Shown here in pieces: positions 48,322 through 58,207 of a stretch of DNA of 64,000 nucleotides (the stretch's first letter is position 1; every line of letters starts with the position of its first letter). Source of the DNA: Desulfobacterales bacterium (GTDB lineage Bacteria; Desulfobacterota; Desulfobacteria; Desulfobacterales; UBA2174); NCBI GenBank assembly GCA_963668645.2, contig CAXXWC010000010.1, positions 160,001 to 224,000 of the forward strand. Direction: 5' to 3'. Below the pieces are notes generated by a model, which saw only the letters and a program-made list of their open reading frames with translations, was not told the DNA's origin and did no database searches. A program made the translations under genes and the position numbers.

Positions 48322-50064
48322 ATGACCCTTGGACCCTTCGATCTGCTGCGCCCTTATTTGCGCGCCCACCGGCTGACCATCGCCGCCGGAGTGCTCTGCC
48401 TGGTGGTGGTCGATTTTCTCCAGCTGTGGATTCCCCGGGTGGTCAAATGGGCCGTGGACGACCTGACCGGCGGCCGGCCCGAGACCGGCCTGGGCACTTA
48501 TGCCCTCCAGATCGTGGCCCTGGCAGCCGGCATCGGTATTTTTCGCTATGTATGGCGGCGCTGTTTGATCGGCACCTCGCGTAAGGTGGAAAGAGGGCTG
48601 CGCCAACAGCTCTTCGACCACCTGCAGCGGCTCGAACCGGCCTACTTCGACCGCCACGCCACCGGAGACCTGATGGCCCATGCCACCAACGACATCAACC
48701 ACGTGCGCATGGCCACCGGGATGGGCATGGTGGCCCTGACCGACGCCCTGGTCCTGGGCACGGCCGCCATCGGATTCATGCTCTACATCGATTTGCGTCT
48801 CACCCTGCTGTTTCTTTTGCCCATGCCGATGATCGTGCTGGGCACCCGGCTCTTCAGCCGCCGGATGCATCGGCGCTACCAGCGGGTGCAGGCGGCCTTC
48901 GCCGCCCTGACCGAAACGGTGCGCGAGCATTTGAGCGGCATCCGCGTGGTCAAGGCCTACACCATGGTCGATCAGGCCGCAGAGCGCATCGAGACCGCTT
49001 CGGCGGCCTATGTGGATCGCAATCTCGCCCTGGTGCGCATCACCGGGACCTTCTTTCCCATGATGGTCCTTTTTTCCAACCTCAGCCTGGCCCTGGTGCT
49101 CTTTTTGGGCGGCCGGGCCGCTGCCGCGGGCCGGATCACGGCCGGTGATTTCGTCGCTTTTATCAGCTACATCGGACTGATCACCTGGCCCATGATGGCC
49201 CTGGGCTGGGTGATGAACCTGATCCAGCGCGGCAAGGCCTCCCTCGAACGGCTGGCGGCCATTCTCAACACGGCCCCGGCCATCGCCGACGGCCCCCAGG
49301 CCCGGGCGTTGGAAGGCCCCGCAAAGCAGATCGTCTTCGACAAGGTCAACATGGCCTATGACGGCAGGGCCCCAGCCCTGGTCGGCATCGATCTGGACCT
49401 TGAGGCCGGGCGCAGCTACGGCATTGTGGGACCTCCGGGCGGGGGCAAAACCACCCTGATACGCCTGATCGGGCGGCTTTACGAACCGGCAAACGGGCAA
49501 ATCCGCTTGAACGCAATCCCCCTGGCCCGGATCCGGCTGGCCGACCTGCGCCGGCAGATCGCCTATGTGCCCCAGGAGCCGTTCATTTTCGCCGGCACGC
49601 TGGGCGACAACATCACCATGGGCGAAGCTGTGGCCCCTGAACGGATGAAGACGATTTTGGAGGATGCGTCCCTGGACCGGATGGTGGCCGAACTGCCTGA
49701 AGGGCTGGATACCGTGGTGGGCGAACGGGGAATCATGCTCTCCGGGGGCCAGAAGCAGCGCGTGGCCCTGGCCCGGGCCCTGCTTAGCGACCGGCCCGTG
49801 CTCCTGCTCGACGATCCCATCAGCCAGCTCGATACGGTCACCGGCCGGAAAGTGATCGAAGCCTTGCGCCGGCGGTCCGCCGGTCGCCTGATGGTCATCG
49901 TCAGCCACCGCATGGCCGCCGTCGAGTGGGCCGACCGGATCCTGGTCCTGGAAAACGGACGGATCAGCGCCCAGGGAGATCCGGCTGCGGTCCAGGCCCG
50001 CAGTGACTATTACCGGGCCGCCTGCCGCTTGCAGGCCCTGGAGGACAACGGCCGTGCGAACTGA
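48322..50064 (+). CDS. ABC exporter, fused TMD-NBD (MdlA-like half)
   Basis: GPPGGGKTT, LSGGQKQR, non-canonical Walker B LLLDD, SHR. Confidence 0.93.
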   Translation: MTLGPFDLLRPYLRAHRLTIAAGVLCLVVVDFLQLWIPRVVKWAVDDLTGGRPETGLGTYALQIVALAAGIGIFRYVWRRCLIGTSRKVERGLRQQLFDHLQRLEPAYFDRHATGDLMAHATNDINHVRMATGMGMVALTDALVLGTAAIGFMLYIDLRLTLLFLLPMPMIVLGTRLFSRRMHRRYQRVQAAFAALTETVREHLSGIRVVKAYTMVDQAAERIETASAAYVDRNLALVRITGTFFPMMVLFSNLSLALVLFLGGRAAAAGRITAGDFVAFISYIGLITWPMMALGWVMNLIQRGKASLERLAAILNTAPAIADGPQARALEGPAKQIVFDKVNMAYDGRAPALVGIDLDLEAGRSYGIVGPPGGGKTTLIRLIGRLYEPANGQIRLNAIPLARIRLADLRRQIAYVPQEPFIFAGTLGDNITMGEAVAPERMKTILEDASLDRMVAELPEGLDTVVGERGIMLSGGQKQRVALARALLSDRPVLLLDDPISQLDTVTGRKVIEALRRRSAGRLMVIVSHRMAAVEWADRILVLENGRISAQGDPAAVQARSDYYRAACRLQALEDNGRAN

Positions 50065-51871
50065 CTACGGCTACGCCGAAGAACAGCGCCTGGGGCGGCC
50101 CTACGACCTGAAACTGCTCGCCCGCCTGATCCCCTTCGTGCGCCCGTACGGGGGGATGCTGGTCCTGGCCGTAATCCTGGTCCTGGCCATCACGGTGCTG
50201 GAGCTGGCCCTGCCCTATGTGACCAAGGTGGCGGTGGACCGCTACATCGTGCCCCAGGCGGCCTCGGGAGCCTCGCCGGTACCGGCCATGGCCGAACGGA
50301 TGGCCGGAATCGGATGGATGACGGCCCTCTTTTTGTTTCTGGCAACGGCCAACTTCGCCGCCACCTTCGTTCAGGTCCAGTTGATGGAAGCCATCGGCCA
50401 AAAGGCCATGCACGCGTTGCGGCTCGACCTGCTGCGCCACATCCTCGATATGCCGGTGGCCTTTTTCGACCGCCAGCCGGTGGCACGCCTGGTGACCCGC
50501 ACCACCAACGACACCCAGAACCTGCACGAGCTGTTCACCTCGGTAATCGCCTTCATCTTCCAGGACCTGTTTCTCATGGCGGGCATCGCCACGGTTCTGG
50601 TGTGGCTCGATGCGCGTCTGGCCCTGATCTCGTTTGCCGTGCTGCCCCTGGTCATGGCCGCGGCCTGGCATTTTGCCCGCCGCAGCCGCAATGTCTTTCG
50701 CGACCTTACGGTGCGCCTGGCCGAGCTCAACACCCGCTTTGCCGAAACCATCGGCGGCATCTCGGTGATCCAGCTCATGGGCCGCGAAAAGGCCAATGCC
50801 GGGGCCTTCGAGACGCTCAACGACGATTATTACCGTCTGGGCATGACCCAGATCCACCTGTTCGCCGTATTCCTGCCGGTGATCGAAGTCCTGGGGTCCG
50901 CGGCCCTGGCCGTGGTGGTCTACTACGGGGGCGGCGCGGTGGTGGCCGAGCGCATCAGCCTGGGCGCTCTGGTGGCCTATATTTCCTACATGCGGATGTT
51001 TTTCCGCCCGATCCGGGACATCGCCGAAAAATACAACATCATGCAAAACGCCATGGCCAGCGCCGAGCGGATCGTCGCCATCCGCGACCAGGCGGCAACC
51101 GACGCCCCGGTGGAGCCGCACCTGCCGGCGCCGGCCTTGTCCCCGGAACCGGCGCAGATGCTCTCCATCGAGGGCGTGGTCTTCGGCTACGGTTCCGATG
51201 CCCCGGTCCTCGACGGCCTGTCACTGGAGATTTCGCGAAACCAAACCCTTGCCATCGTCGGTCCCACCGGGGCCGGCAAGACGACCTTGATCCATTTGCT
51301 CCTGCGCTTCTACGACCCCCGGCAGGGGACCATCCGTTTTCAGGGGCGGGATCTGCGCACCATGACGCCTTTCGAGCTGCGCCGCCAAATCGCCCTGGTG
51401 TCCCAGGACCCGTTTCTTTTTTCCACGTCTTTGGGCGCCAACATATTCCCTGAAGGGCTGCCGGACCCTCAGACCGTGGGGCGGATCCTGGATGCGGCCC
51501 AGTGCACCGAACTGGTGGCGCGGCTGCCCAAGGGGCTTGAAACGCCCATCGGCGAAGGGGGCCGCAGCCTATCCAGCGGCGAGCGGCAGTTGGTGGCCAT
51601 CGCCCGGGCCCTGGCCCGCAATCCGGCCCTGATCATCTTCGATGAGGCCACGGCCCATGTCGATTCGGCCACCGAGGCGCACATCCAGGCGGCCCTGGAG
51701 TACCTGACACGCCAGCGTACCGCCATCGTCATCGCCCACCGGTTGTCCACGGCCCGCAGTGCAGACCGCATCGGCGTGCTGCGGGCAGGCCGCATCGTGG
51801 AATACGGGTCCCACGAGGAACTGATGGCCGGCCGCGGCTATTACCATCAACTCAACCAACAGCAGGTTTGA
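50054..51871 (+). CDS. ABC exporter, fused TMD-NBD (MdlB-like half)
   Basis: GPTGAGKTT, degenerate signature LSSGERQ, IIFDEAT, AHRLST; GTG 50054 after GGAGGA. Confidence 0.93.
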   Translation: MRTDYGYAEEQRLGRPYDLKLLARLIPFVRPYGGMLVLAVILVLAITVLELALPYVTKVAVDRYIVPQAASGASPVPAMAERMAGIGWMTALFLFLATANFAATFVQVQLMEAIGQKAMHALRLDLLRHILDMPVAFFDRQPVARLVTRTTNDTQNLHELFTSVIAFIFQDLFLMAGIATVLVWLDARLALISFAVLPLVMAAAWHFARRSRNVFRDLTVRLAELNTRFAETIGGISVIQLMGREKANAGAFETLNDDYYRLGMTQIHLFAVFLPVIEVLGSAALAVVVYYGGGAVVAERISLGALVAYISYMRMFFRPIRDIAEKYNIMQNAMASAERIVAIRDQAATDAPVEPHLPAPALSPEPAQMLSIEGVVFGYGSDAPVLDGLSLEISRNQTLAIVGPTGAGKTTLIHLLLRFYDPRQGTIRFQGRDLRTMTPFELRRQIALVSQDPFLFSTSLGANIFPEGLPDPQTVGRILDAAQCTELVARLPKGLETPIGEGGRSLSSGERQLVAIARALARNPALIIFDEATAHVDSATEAHIQAALEYLTRQRTAIVIAHRLSTARSADRIGVLRAGRIVEYGSHEELMAGRGYYHQLNQQQV

Positions 51872-51911
51872 ACAGGGTCCCTGGATGCCGAAAAGCGCCA
51901 ACGAATATCGC

Positions 51912-51940
51912 TTGATAAATAAGCATTGGCGTGCTATAGG
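51912..51940 (+). promoter_or_regulatory. Candidate sigma70 promoter of fhs
   Basis: TTGATA-17 nt-TATAGG with TG extended -10. Confidence 0.45.
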
Positions 51941-52090
51941 CGAATGTCTATTCTTATCAACCCGTTGGAACCTAACCGGACGTCGATTGCCCCATCGGTT
52001 CACCGTTTTTCAAGTGAATCCGGTAAAAATTGCTGTGCCCGGACGGTTCATTAAACCGCTGACACTCAACATGCAAAAGGAGGATGGAAG

Positions 52091-53854
52091 ATGCCCTACG
52101 ATGCGGTAAACATGGCGGACTGGCAGATTTCTGAGGAAGCGGAAAAGAATATGCCCACTCCGGATCAGTGGCGCGACAAGCTCGGCCTGCAGGCCGACGA
52201 GATGCTGCCCATGGGTCGGCTGGCCAAGCTCGACTTTCTCAAGATCATCGATCGGCTCAAGGACAAGCCGGACGGCAAATACATCGAGGTGACCGCCATC
52301 ACTCCCACCCCGCTGGGCGAGGGCAAGAGCACCACCTCCGTCGGCCTGATGGAAGGCCTGGGCAAGCGCGGCCAGAACGTCGGCGGGGCCCTGCGCCAGC
52401 CCTCGGGCGGCCCGACGATGAACGTCAAGGGGACCGCGGCCGGCGGCGGCAACTCGCTGCTCATCCCCATGACCGAGTTCTCCCTGGGCCTGACCGGCGA
52501 CATCAACGACATCATGAATGCCCATAACCTCGGCATGGTGGCGTTGACCGCCCGCATGCAGCACGAGCGCAACTACAACGACGAGCAGCTGGCGCGCCTG
52601 ACCAAGATGCGCCGCCTGGACATCGACCCGACCCGCGTCGAGATGGGCTGGATCATCGACTTTTGCGCCCAGGCCCTGCGCAACATCGTCATCGGGCTCG
52701 GCGGCCGCTTCGACGGCTACACCATGCAGAGCAAGTTCGGCATCGCCGTGGGCTCCGAGCTGATGGCCATTTTGGCCGTGGCCACCGACCTGGCTGACCT
52801 CAAGGAGCGCATCAACAACATCACCGTGGCCTTCGACAAGGGCGGCAAGCCGGTGACCTGCCGCGATCTGGAAGTCGGCAACGCCATGGCGGCCTTCATG
52901 CGCAACACGATCAACCCGACCCTGATGTGCACCGCCGAGTACAATCCGTGCATGGTGCACGCCGGCCCCTTTGCCAACATCGCCGTGGGCCAGAGCTCGA
53001 TCATCGCCGACCGCGTGGGCCTCAAACTCTTTGACTACCATGTCACCGAGTCCGGCTTCGCCGCCGACATCGGCTTCGAGAAGTTCTGGAACGTCAAGTG
53101 CCGCTTTTCCGGCCTCAAGCCCCACGTTTCGGTGCTCACCTCCACCATCCGGGCTCTCAAGATGCACGGCGGCGGCCCCAGGGTCGTGGCCGGCAAGGAC
53201 CTGCCCACCGAGTACAAGGAAGAAAACCTGGCCCTGGTGGAAAAGGGCTGCGAGAACATGGTCCACATGATCGGCGTGATCCGCAAGTCCGGAATCAACC
53301 CGGTGGTGTGCATCAACCGTTTCTACACCGACACCGACGCCGAAGTGGCCCTGGTCAAGAAGGCCGCCGAGGCCGCCGGGGCCCGCTGCGCCGAGTCGAA
53401 TCACTGGCTCAAGGGCGGCGAAGGCTCCCTGGAGTTCGCCGATGCGGTCATGGACGCCTGCAAGGAAGGCAACGACTTTGACTTCCTCTACCCGCTGGAG
53501 ATGAAGCTGCGCGACCGCGTGGAACTGATCGCCAAGGAAGTCTACGGCGCCGACGGGGTCGACTGGCTGCCGGATGCCGCCGCCAAGGCCCAGATGCTGG
53601 AAAACGATCCCAAGTACGCCGACTTCGCCACCATGATGGTCAAGACCCATCTGTCCCTGAGCCACGACCCGGTGATCAAGGGCGTGCCCAAGGGCTGGCG
53701 CCTGCCGATCCGCGACGTCTTGATCTACTCCGGGGCCAAGTTCCTTTGCCCGTGCGCCGGCACCATCAGCCTCATGCCTGGCACGAGCTCCAACCCGGCT
53801 TTCCGCCGCATCGATGTCGATCCGGCCACCGGCAAGGTCAGCGGCCTGTTCTAA
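52091..53854 (+). CDS. fhs: Formate--tetrahydrofolate ligase
   Basis: [65 protein letters not shown]. Confidence 0.97.
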   Translation: MPYDAVNMADWQISEEAEKNMPTPDQWRDKLGLQADEMLPMGRLAKLDFLKIIDRLKDKPDGKYIEVTAITPTPLGEGKSTTSVGLMEGLGKRGQNVGGALRQPSGGPTMNVKGTAAGGGNSLLIPMTEFSLGLTGDINDIMNAHNLGMVALTARMQHERNYNDEQLARLTKMRRLDIDPTRVEMGWIIDFCAQALRNIVIGLGGRFDGYTMQSKFGIAVGSELMAILAVATDLADLKERINNITVAFDKGGKPVTCRDLEVGNAMAAFMRNTINPTLMCTAEYNPCMVHAGPFANIAVGQSSIIADRVGLKLFDYHVTESGFAADIGFEKFWNVKCRFSGLKPHVSVLTSTIRALKMHGGGPRVVAGKDLPTEYKEENLALVEKGCENMVHMIGVIRKSGINPVVCINRFYTDTDAEVALVKKAAEAAGARCAESNHWLKGGEGSLEFADAVMDACKEGNDFDFLYPLEMKLRDRVELIAKEVYGADGVDWLPDAAAKAQMLENDPKYADFATMMVKTHLSLSHDPVIKGVPKGWRLPIRDVLIYSGAKFLCPCAGTISLMPGTSSNPAFRRIDVDPATGKVSGLF

Positions 53855-53878
53855 GCAGCGCAGTCTAAAATGCCAAAT

Positions 53879-53912
53879 ACGGCCCGGGAGTCTTCCCGGG
53901 CCGTTTTGCTTT
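53879..53912 (+). terminator. Intrinsic terminator after fhs
   Basis: ACGGCCCGGGA-GTCT-TCCCGGGCCGT followed by TTTGCTTT. Confidence 0.85.
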
Positions 53913-53925
53913 GGAAAAGTCAAAA

Positions 53926-53941
53926 GTCGGACCGGTCCGAC
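53926..53941. repeat. Perfect 16-bp palindrome
   Basis: GTCGGACCGGTCCGAC, 41 nt upstream of the radical SAM start. Confidence 0.7.
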
Positions 53942-53982
53942 AGCTTGAAAACCCACTATCCCTGTAACCTGGACTCCATAAA

Positions 53983-55575
53983 GTGAAACCCCCTTTCCGC
54001 GTCCTGCTGATCAACCCCTTTTATCCCATCGACGAAACCCCTTCCCCGCCCCTGGGCCTGGCCTTTCTGGCCGGAGCCCTGGAAGCGGCCGGATGCGCGG
54101 TGAAAATTCTCGACCTGGTGGTGGAACCCTACCACCCCGAGCGCCTTGGCCGGATCCTGGACGAATTCCGGCCCGACATGGTGGGCGCCACCGCCGTGAC
54201 CATGACCTTCGATCATGCGGTGGGCGTGCTCGCGGACATCAAGGCCCTGGCGCCGGATCTGGTGACGGTCATGGGCGGCCCCCATGCGACGTTCTGGGCC
54301 CACGAGACCTTGCAGCGCTATCCGGCGGTGGACATCGTGGCCCGGGGCGAGGGGGAAGCCACACTGGTGGCGCTGGCCGGTGCCCTGGCGGCGGGAAGCG
54401 ACTGGCCTGCCCTTGCGGGAATCGTGTTTCGCAGCGCGGCGGGAATCGTCGACAACGGTTGGCCGGCCCTGGAAACCGATCTGGACCGGCTGGCTCCGCC
54501 GGCCCGCCACCTGCTTCCTCTGGGCCGCTACCGCGCCTTGCACATGCCCATCAGCATGACCACCAGCCGCGGCTGCCCCCACGGATGCATCTTTTGCGTG
54601 GGCCGCAAGATGGTCGGCGCCCGGGTGCGCTACCGCGATCCGGTGCGGGTGGTGGACGAGCTGGCGCAGATCGCCGGCTACGGATTTCACCAGATCAACC
54701 TGGCCGACGACCTGTTCACCGCCAGCGCCGGCCATTGCCTGGCGGTGTGCGAGGAGATTCTCAGGCGCGGCCTGGAGGTGCGCTGGACCTCCTTTGCCCG
54801 GGTGGACACCGTCTCGGTTCCGGTACTGAAGAAAATGCGCCAGGCCGGATGCCAGGCGGTGAGCTTCGGCATCGAGACCGGCGACCCGCAAATCATGAAG
54901 ACCATCCGCAAGGGGATCACCCTGGACCAGGTCGAGGCGGCGGTGGCCATGTGCAACGAGGCCGGCCTGATGCCCCACGGCTCGTTTATCCTCGGACTTC
55001 CCGGGGAAACCCCGCAATCCATCGAGCGGACCCTGGCCTTCGGCCGCCGCCTGGAAACCATGGGGGTCTGCTACGGATTTCACCTGTTGGCCCCATTTCC
55101 CGGCACCCGGGTGCGCGACCGGGCCGGCGAATACGGGATCCGCATCCTGACCGACGACTGGCGCGAGTACCACGCTAACCGGGCCATCGTGGAGACCGCC
55201 AGCGTTCCGGCGGCCCGCCTGGACGAGATCGCCGGCGGCTGGAAAGAACGCTTCGACGCCTACCTGGGCGACATCCAGCGGCGCATGGGCACCGGCGAGG
55301 CCAGCCAGGACGAGGCAGACACGATCATCAACCTGGAACGCACCGTGCTGCTCTACGACCTGATGATGAAAGAGCTGATCGAGACCGATCCGGGCGAGAG
55401 CGAAGGTGCCGATGCGGCGGCATCACTTGAAAATTTGAGCCGCCGCCTGGCCGCCCGCTGCCGCTACGACGCCCCTGCCCTGCATGCGGCCCTGGCCTAT
55501 ACTCACGCCAACGGCAATTTGCGACGTTGCCGGGACGGCGGCACCTTGTGCTGGCGGTGGGTCGAAAGGCTATGA
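53983..55575 (+). CDS. Cobalamin-dependent (class B) radical SAM protein
   Basis: N-terminal B12-binding domain (PPLGLAFLA, MGGPHAT, RGEGE), SRGCPHGCIFC, DDLFT, GIETG, GLPGET, PFPGT. Confidence 0.92.
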   Translation: MKPPFRVLLINPFYPIDETPSPPLGLAFLAGALEAAGCAVKILDLVVEPYHPERLGRILDEFRPDMVGATAVTMTFDHAVGVLADIKALAPDLVTVMGGPHATFWAHETLQRYPAVDIVARGEGEATLVALAGALAAGSDWPALAGIVFRSAAGIVDNGWPALETDLDRLAPPARHLLPLGRYRALHMPISMTTSRGCPHGCIFCVGRKMVGARVRYRDPVRVVDELAQIAGYGFHQINLADDLFTASAGHCLAVCEEILRRGLEVRWTSFARVDTVSVPVLKKMRQAGCQAVSFGIETGDPQIMKTIRKGITLDQVEAAVAMCNEAGLMPHGSFILGLPGETPQSIERTLAFGRRLETMGVCYGFHLLAPFPGTRVRDRAGEYGIRILTDDWREYHANRAIVETASVPAARLDEIAGGWKERFDAYLGDIQRRMGTGEASQDEADTIINLERTVLLYDLMMKELIETDPGESEGADAAASLENLSRRLAARCRYDAPALHAALAYTHANGNLRRCRDGGTLCWRWVERL

Positions 55576-55673
55576 CAGAGAGGGCATTGTTAGCGCAGGG
55601 AAAACGGACGGCGTAATCGACTGGCGGTTATGTTGGGCGGGTTGCACGGCAGCCCGGAAAGGAGGATGCCGGC

Positions 55674-56294
55674 ATGGCCGGATTATCTGAAGCATTCGAA
55701 AAAAACCGGGAACGCTACCTGGCCCGGCTGGCCGAAGCAGACCTTGGAGCGGTGAGCAAAACCCTGGGGCTGGAAACGGAAAACGGGGACCTTGTGCTGC
55801 CGTTTTACAACAAGCGCTTCACCGTGACGAACCGGGGGTTTGTCGATACCGCCGGCCAGGCGCCCGGCTACGGTCAATCCGTGGTCCTCTTCCAGTACAT
55901 TTTGCGGTGCCCGGAAGCGCCGCGTTTCGAGCCGGACTGGGCGGCCTTCAAGGATTTCAAGAAGGCGTCCCATTTCACCAACGTGAATTTTTTTCACAGC
56001 GACACGGAGCAGGCAGTGGAGCGGGCCTTTTCCGGCCGGGTGGCCGCGCTCGCCGAGGTCGGAGCCGCCCTGGGGGGCGTGCCGTATGAAACGGCGACGC
56101 GCTACGACGTGTCCATGAAGTTCCAGGCCCTGCCCAGAATCGCCCTGCTTTTACTCTTCAACGACGCGGACGAGGAGTTTCCGGCAAAATGCACCGTACT
56201 CTTCGAGCGCCACGCCGAGCACTACCTCGACCCGGAATCTTTGGCCATGACCAGCACCTGGCTGGCCAGAAGCCTCGCCGGCCGCGCAGGGTGA
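55674..56294 (+). CDS. DUF3786 family protein
   Basis: C-terminal FQALPRIALLLLFNDADEEFPAKCTVLF..YLDPE motif; RBS AAAGGAGG. Confidence 0.8.
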   Translation: MAGLSEAFEKNRERYLARLAEADLGAVSKTLGLETENGDLVLPFYNKRFTVTNRGFVDTAGQAPGYGQSVVLFQYILRCPEAPRFEPDWAAFKDFKKASHFTNVNFFHSDTEQAVERAFSGRVAALAEVGAALGGVPYETATRYDVSMKFQALPRIALLLLFNDADEEFPAKCTVLFERHAEHYLDPESLAMTSTWLARSLAGRAG

Positions 56295-56324
56295 TGCGCG
56301 CCGGCTGCCGGGTCGCCACATCCT

Positions 56325-57758
56325 TCAGCGCGACATCCGGGCCACGATCCCGGCCAGGGTCTGAATCCCCCGGTCGATGGCATCGGTATACGGCATGCCG
56401 CAATTGATGCGGATATAATTGCGATAGATATCGCTGTTGGCGCAGATGACGCCGGGGAAAACGGCAATCCGCTTTTCCAGGGCGGCCCGGAAAAGTTCCA
56501 GGCTGTCCACCCTTTCATTCAACTGCACCCAGAGGACCACGCCGCCGCGGGGCGCCGTGATCTTGGTATCCGGGGGAAACCAGCGCGCGATGGCCAGCGC
56601 CGTATTGCCCACCTGGTTCTTCAGCTGGGTGCGCAGGCGGCGCAGGTGGCGGTCGTAGTTGACCGTCTGCAGGTACCGGCCCAACGCCCATTGGGTCAAT
56701 CCCGGTGCGCTGATATGCTGGTTGAGCCGGTAGCGTTTGATGCGATCCAGAAATTGCCCCGGCATGACCCACCCCACACGCAGACCCGGCGCCAGGCTTT
56801 TGGAAAACGAAGCGCAGTAAAGCACCAGTCCTTTTTGGTCGAACGCCTTTAGCGGCAGCGGCCTGGATGCGCCAAAGTAAAGTTCGCCGTAGATATCGTC
56901 CTCGATAATCGGGATGCGGCGGGCATTGAACAGCGCCACGACGGCCTGCTTCTTCTCGTCGGGCATGAGAAAACCCAGGGGATTGTGAAAATTGGCAACG
57001 AAGATGGCGGCCCGCACCGCGTGGTTTTCGAGCGCCGCCTGCAACACCTCAAGATCGATCCCCTCCGAAGGATCGGTGGGAATTTCGAGCGCCCGCAGAT
57101 TCAAATCTTCAATCAACTGCAAAAACCACGGGAAGGTGGGCGATTCGACCAGGACGGTATCACCGGGACCGGTCACGGCCTTCAGGCTCAGCGCGACCGC
57201 TTCGATGCATCCATTGGTGATCACCATCTCCTCGGGTGACACCGGGCCGCAAAGCGGCGCCATCCGCCTGGCGATCTGCCGCCGCAGTTCCGGGTGGCCA
57301 AGATAGTGCTCATAGGCCGCCATACCGTCTTTTAACTGTCTCAGCGGTGCACTGCGGATAATCGCCGGGAGTTCCTTGGGCGGCAATAGGTCGGAATGAA
57401 TCAGGGCGCCGCCCAATTGAAGGACTCCCGGATCGCCCATGGCCTCGATCAATGCAAAGGCCAGGTCGCTGATATTGACCTTCTGCGGCCCGAGAAGCGC
57501 CGCGGATTTCCGCGGCGGCGGCAGCAGCCCGTGAAGTTGCGGCTTGACGTAGTAGCCAGACTTTTGTCGCGCCTCGACCATGCCGCGTTTTTCCAGTTCG
57601 ATGAACGCCTGGTAGACGGTGGAGATGCTCAGCCCGGTCTGAAGGCGCAGCCCCCGGATGGAGGGCAGCTTTTCCCCGGTCCGGAAGGTGCCTGCCCGTA
57701 TCTGCGCTTCCAGCGCGTCGGCCAGTTCGGCGTATCGAAACCCGTTCGTTGACTCCAT
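56325..57758 (-). CDS. MocR/GabR-family regulator (GntR HTH + PLP aminotransferase domain)
   Basis: GEKLPSIR..SISTVYQAF..ARQKSGYYV; ITNGC, FHNPLG, IEDDIY, SFSKSLAPGLRVGW. Confidence 0.93.
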   Translation of the reverse strand: MESTNGFRYAELADALEAQIRAGTFRTGEKLPSIRGLRLQTGLSISTVYQAFIELEKRGMVEARQKSGYYVKPQLHGLLPPPRKSAALLGPQKVNISDLAFALIEAMGDPGVLQLGGALIHSDLLPPKELPAIIRSAPLRQLKDGMAAYEHYLGHPELRRQIARRMAPLCGPVSPEEMVITNGCIEAVALSLKAVTGPGDTVLVESPTFPWFLQLIEDLNLRALEIPTDPSEGIDLEVLQAALENHAVRAAIFVANFHNPLGFLMPDEKKQAVVALFNARRIPIIEDDIYGELYFGASRPLPLKAFDQKGLVLYCASFSKSLAPGLRVGWVMPGQFLDRIKRYRLNQHISAPGLTQWALGRYLQTVNYDRHLRRLRTQLKNQVGNTALAIARWFPPDTKITAPRGGVVLWVQLNERVDSLELFRAALEKRIAVFPGVICANSDIYRNYIRINCGMPYTDAIDRGIQTLAGIVARMSR

Positions 57759-57776
57759 CTCACTCCCCTTACCGCC

Positions 57777-57827
57777 AATCTGTTATGCCACAATAATGCA
57801 AAATCTGTATCTGTTATCTGCTAACAG
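57777..57827. promoter_or_regulatory. Candidate MocR operator (direct and inverted CTGTTA repeats)
   Basis: AATCTGTTAT (57777), AATCTGTAT (57802), ATCTGTTAT (57809), inverted TAACAG (57822) in the divergent intergenic region. Confidence 0.55.
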
Positions 57828-57872
57828 CTCTGCTATCAATGGGCAACCGCTAATTCCTATTTGGAGCCGCAG

Positions 57873-58061
57873 ATGAAGAGCCGCAGTGGGGAAGGATTCG
57901 AACGTCTGAGTTGGCGATACCTGTTATCGCCCGAAGACACCAGCACCGGCAAACGCCCGATGCCCTGTTTCGGCCGGCACGAGAGGTGGGCCGGATGCCT
58001 GAAATCCGCCTGGTGGCTGGCCGTGGCGATCCTCGCGTCACTTGCGGTCGGCCAACTCTGA
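57873..58061 (+). CDS. Small ORF with C-terminal hydrophobic helix, possibly a truncated membrane protein gene
   Basis: GGAG RBS; AWWLAVAILASLAVG; stop codon falls inside the adjacent nucleotidyltransferase remnant. Confidence 0.4.
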   Translation: MKSRSGEGFERLSWRYLLSPEDTSTGKRPMPCFGRHERWAGCLKSAWWLAVAILASLAVGQL

Positions 58062-58192
58062 TATGTCTGCTCAAAACGAAGTCCGGATGCTGCGGTGATG
58101 ATGATGCCAATTCGCCGTGGAGCGACGCCTATCTGAAAGATGGCTCCATCCTTCAGAAGATCTTCTTTGGTCAATTTTGCAACAGGGGCACC
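58054..58192 (-). pseudogene. Diverged internal fragment of the nucleotidyltransferase gene
   Basis: Aligns by eye to 59571-59706 with scattered substitutions and small indels (TKEDLLKDGAIFQIGVAPRRI..TAASGLRFEQ). Confidence 0.85.
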
Positions 58193-58207
58193 ATGTCGAT
58201 GGTGTCG

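Noticed and set aside
48256..49908. Apparent 1215-aa ORF extending the RNB nuclease N-terminally
   Set aside because: The extension is antisense to the ABC exporter gene; the plausible start is ATG 48255
48322..51871. Degenerate ATPase motifs in the ABC pair
   Set aside because: Normal asymmetry of heterodimeric exporters (one consensus and one degenerate site), neither novel nor pseudogenisation
51872..52090. ZTP or THF riboswitch upstream of fhs
   Set aside because: The only resemblance (52036-52049) is on the wrong strand and the 5' conserved elements are missing; an Rfam scan would settle it
55576..55673. CGACTGGCG resembling the ZTP riboswitch core upstream of DUF3786
   Set aside because: Remaining conserved stems and the 3' pseudoknot hairpin were not found
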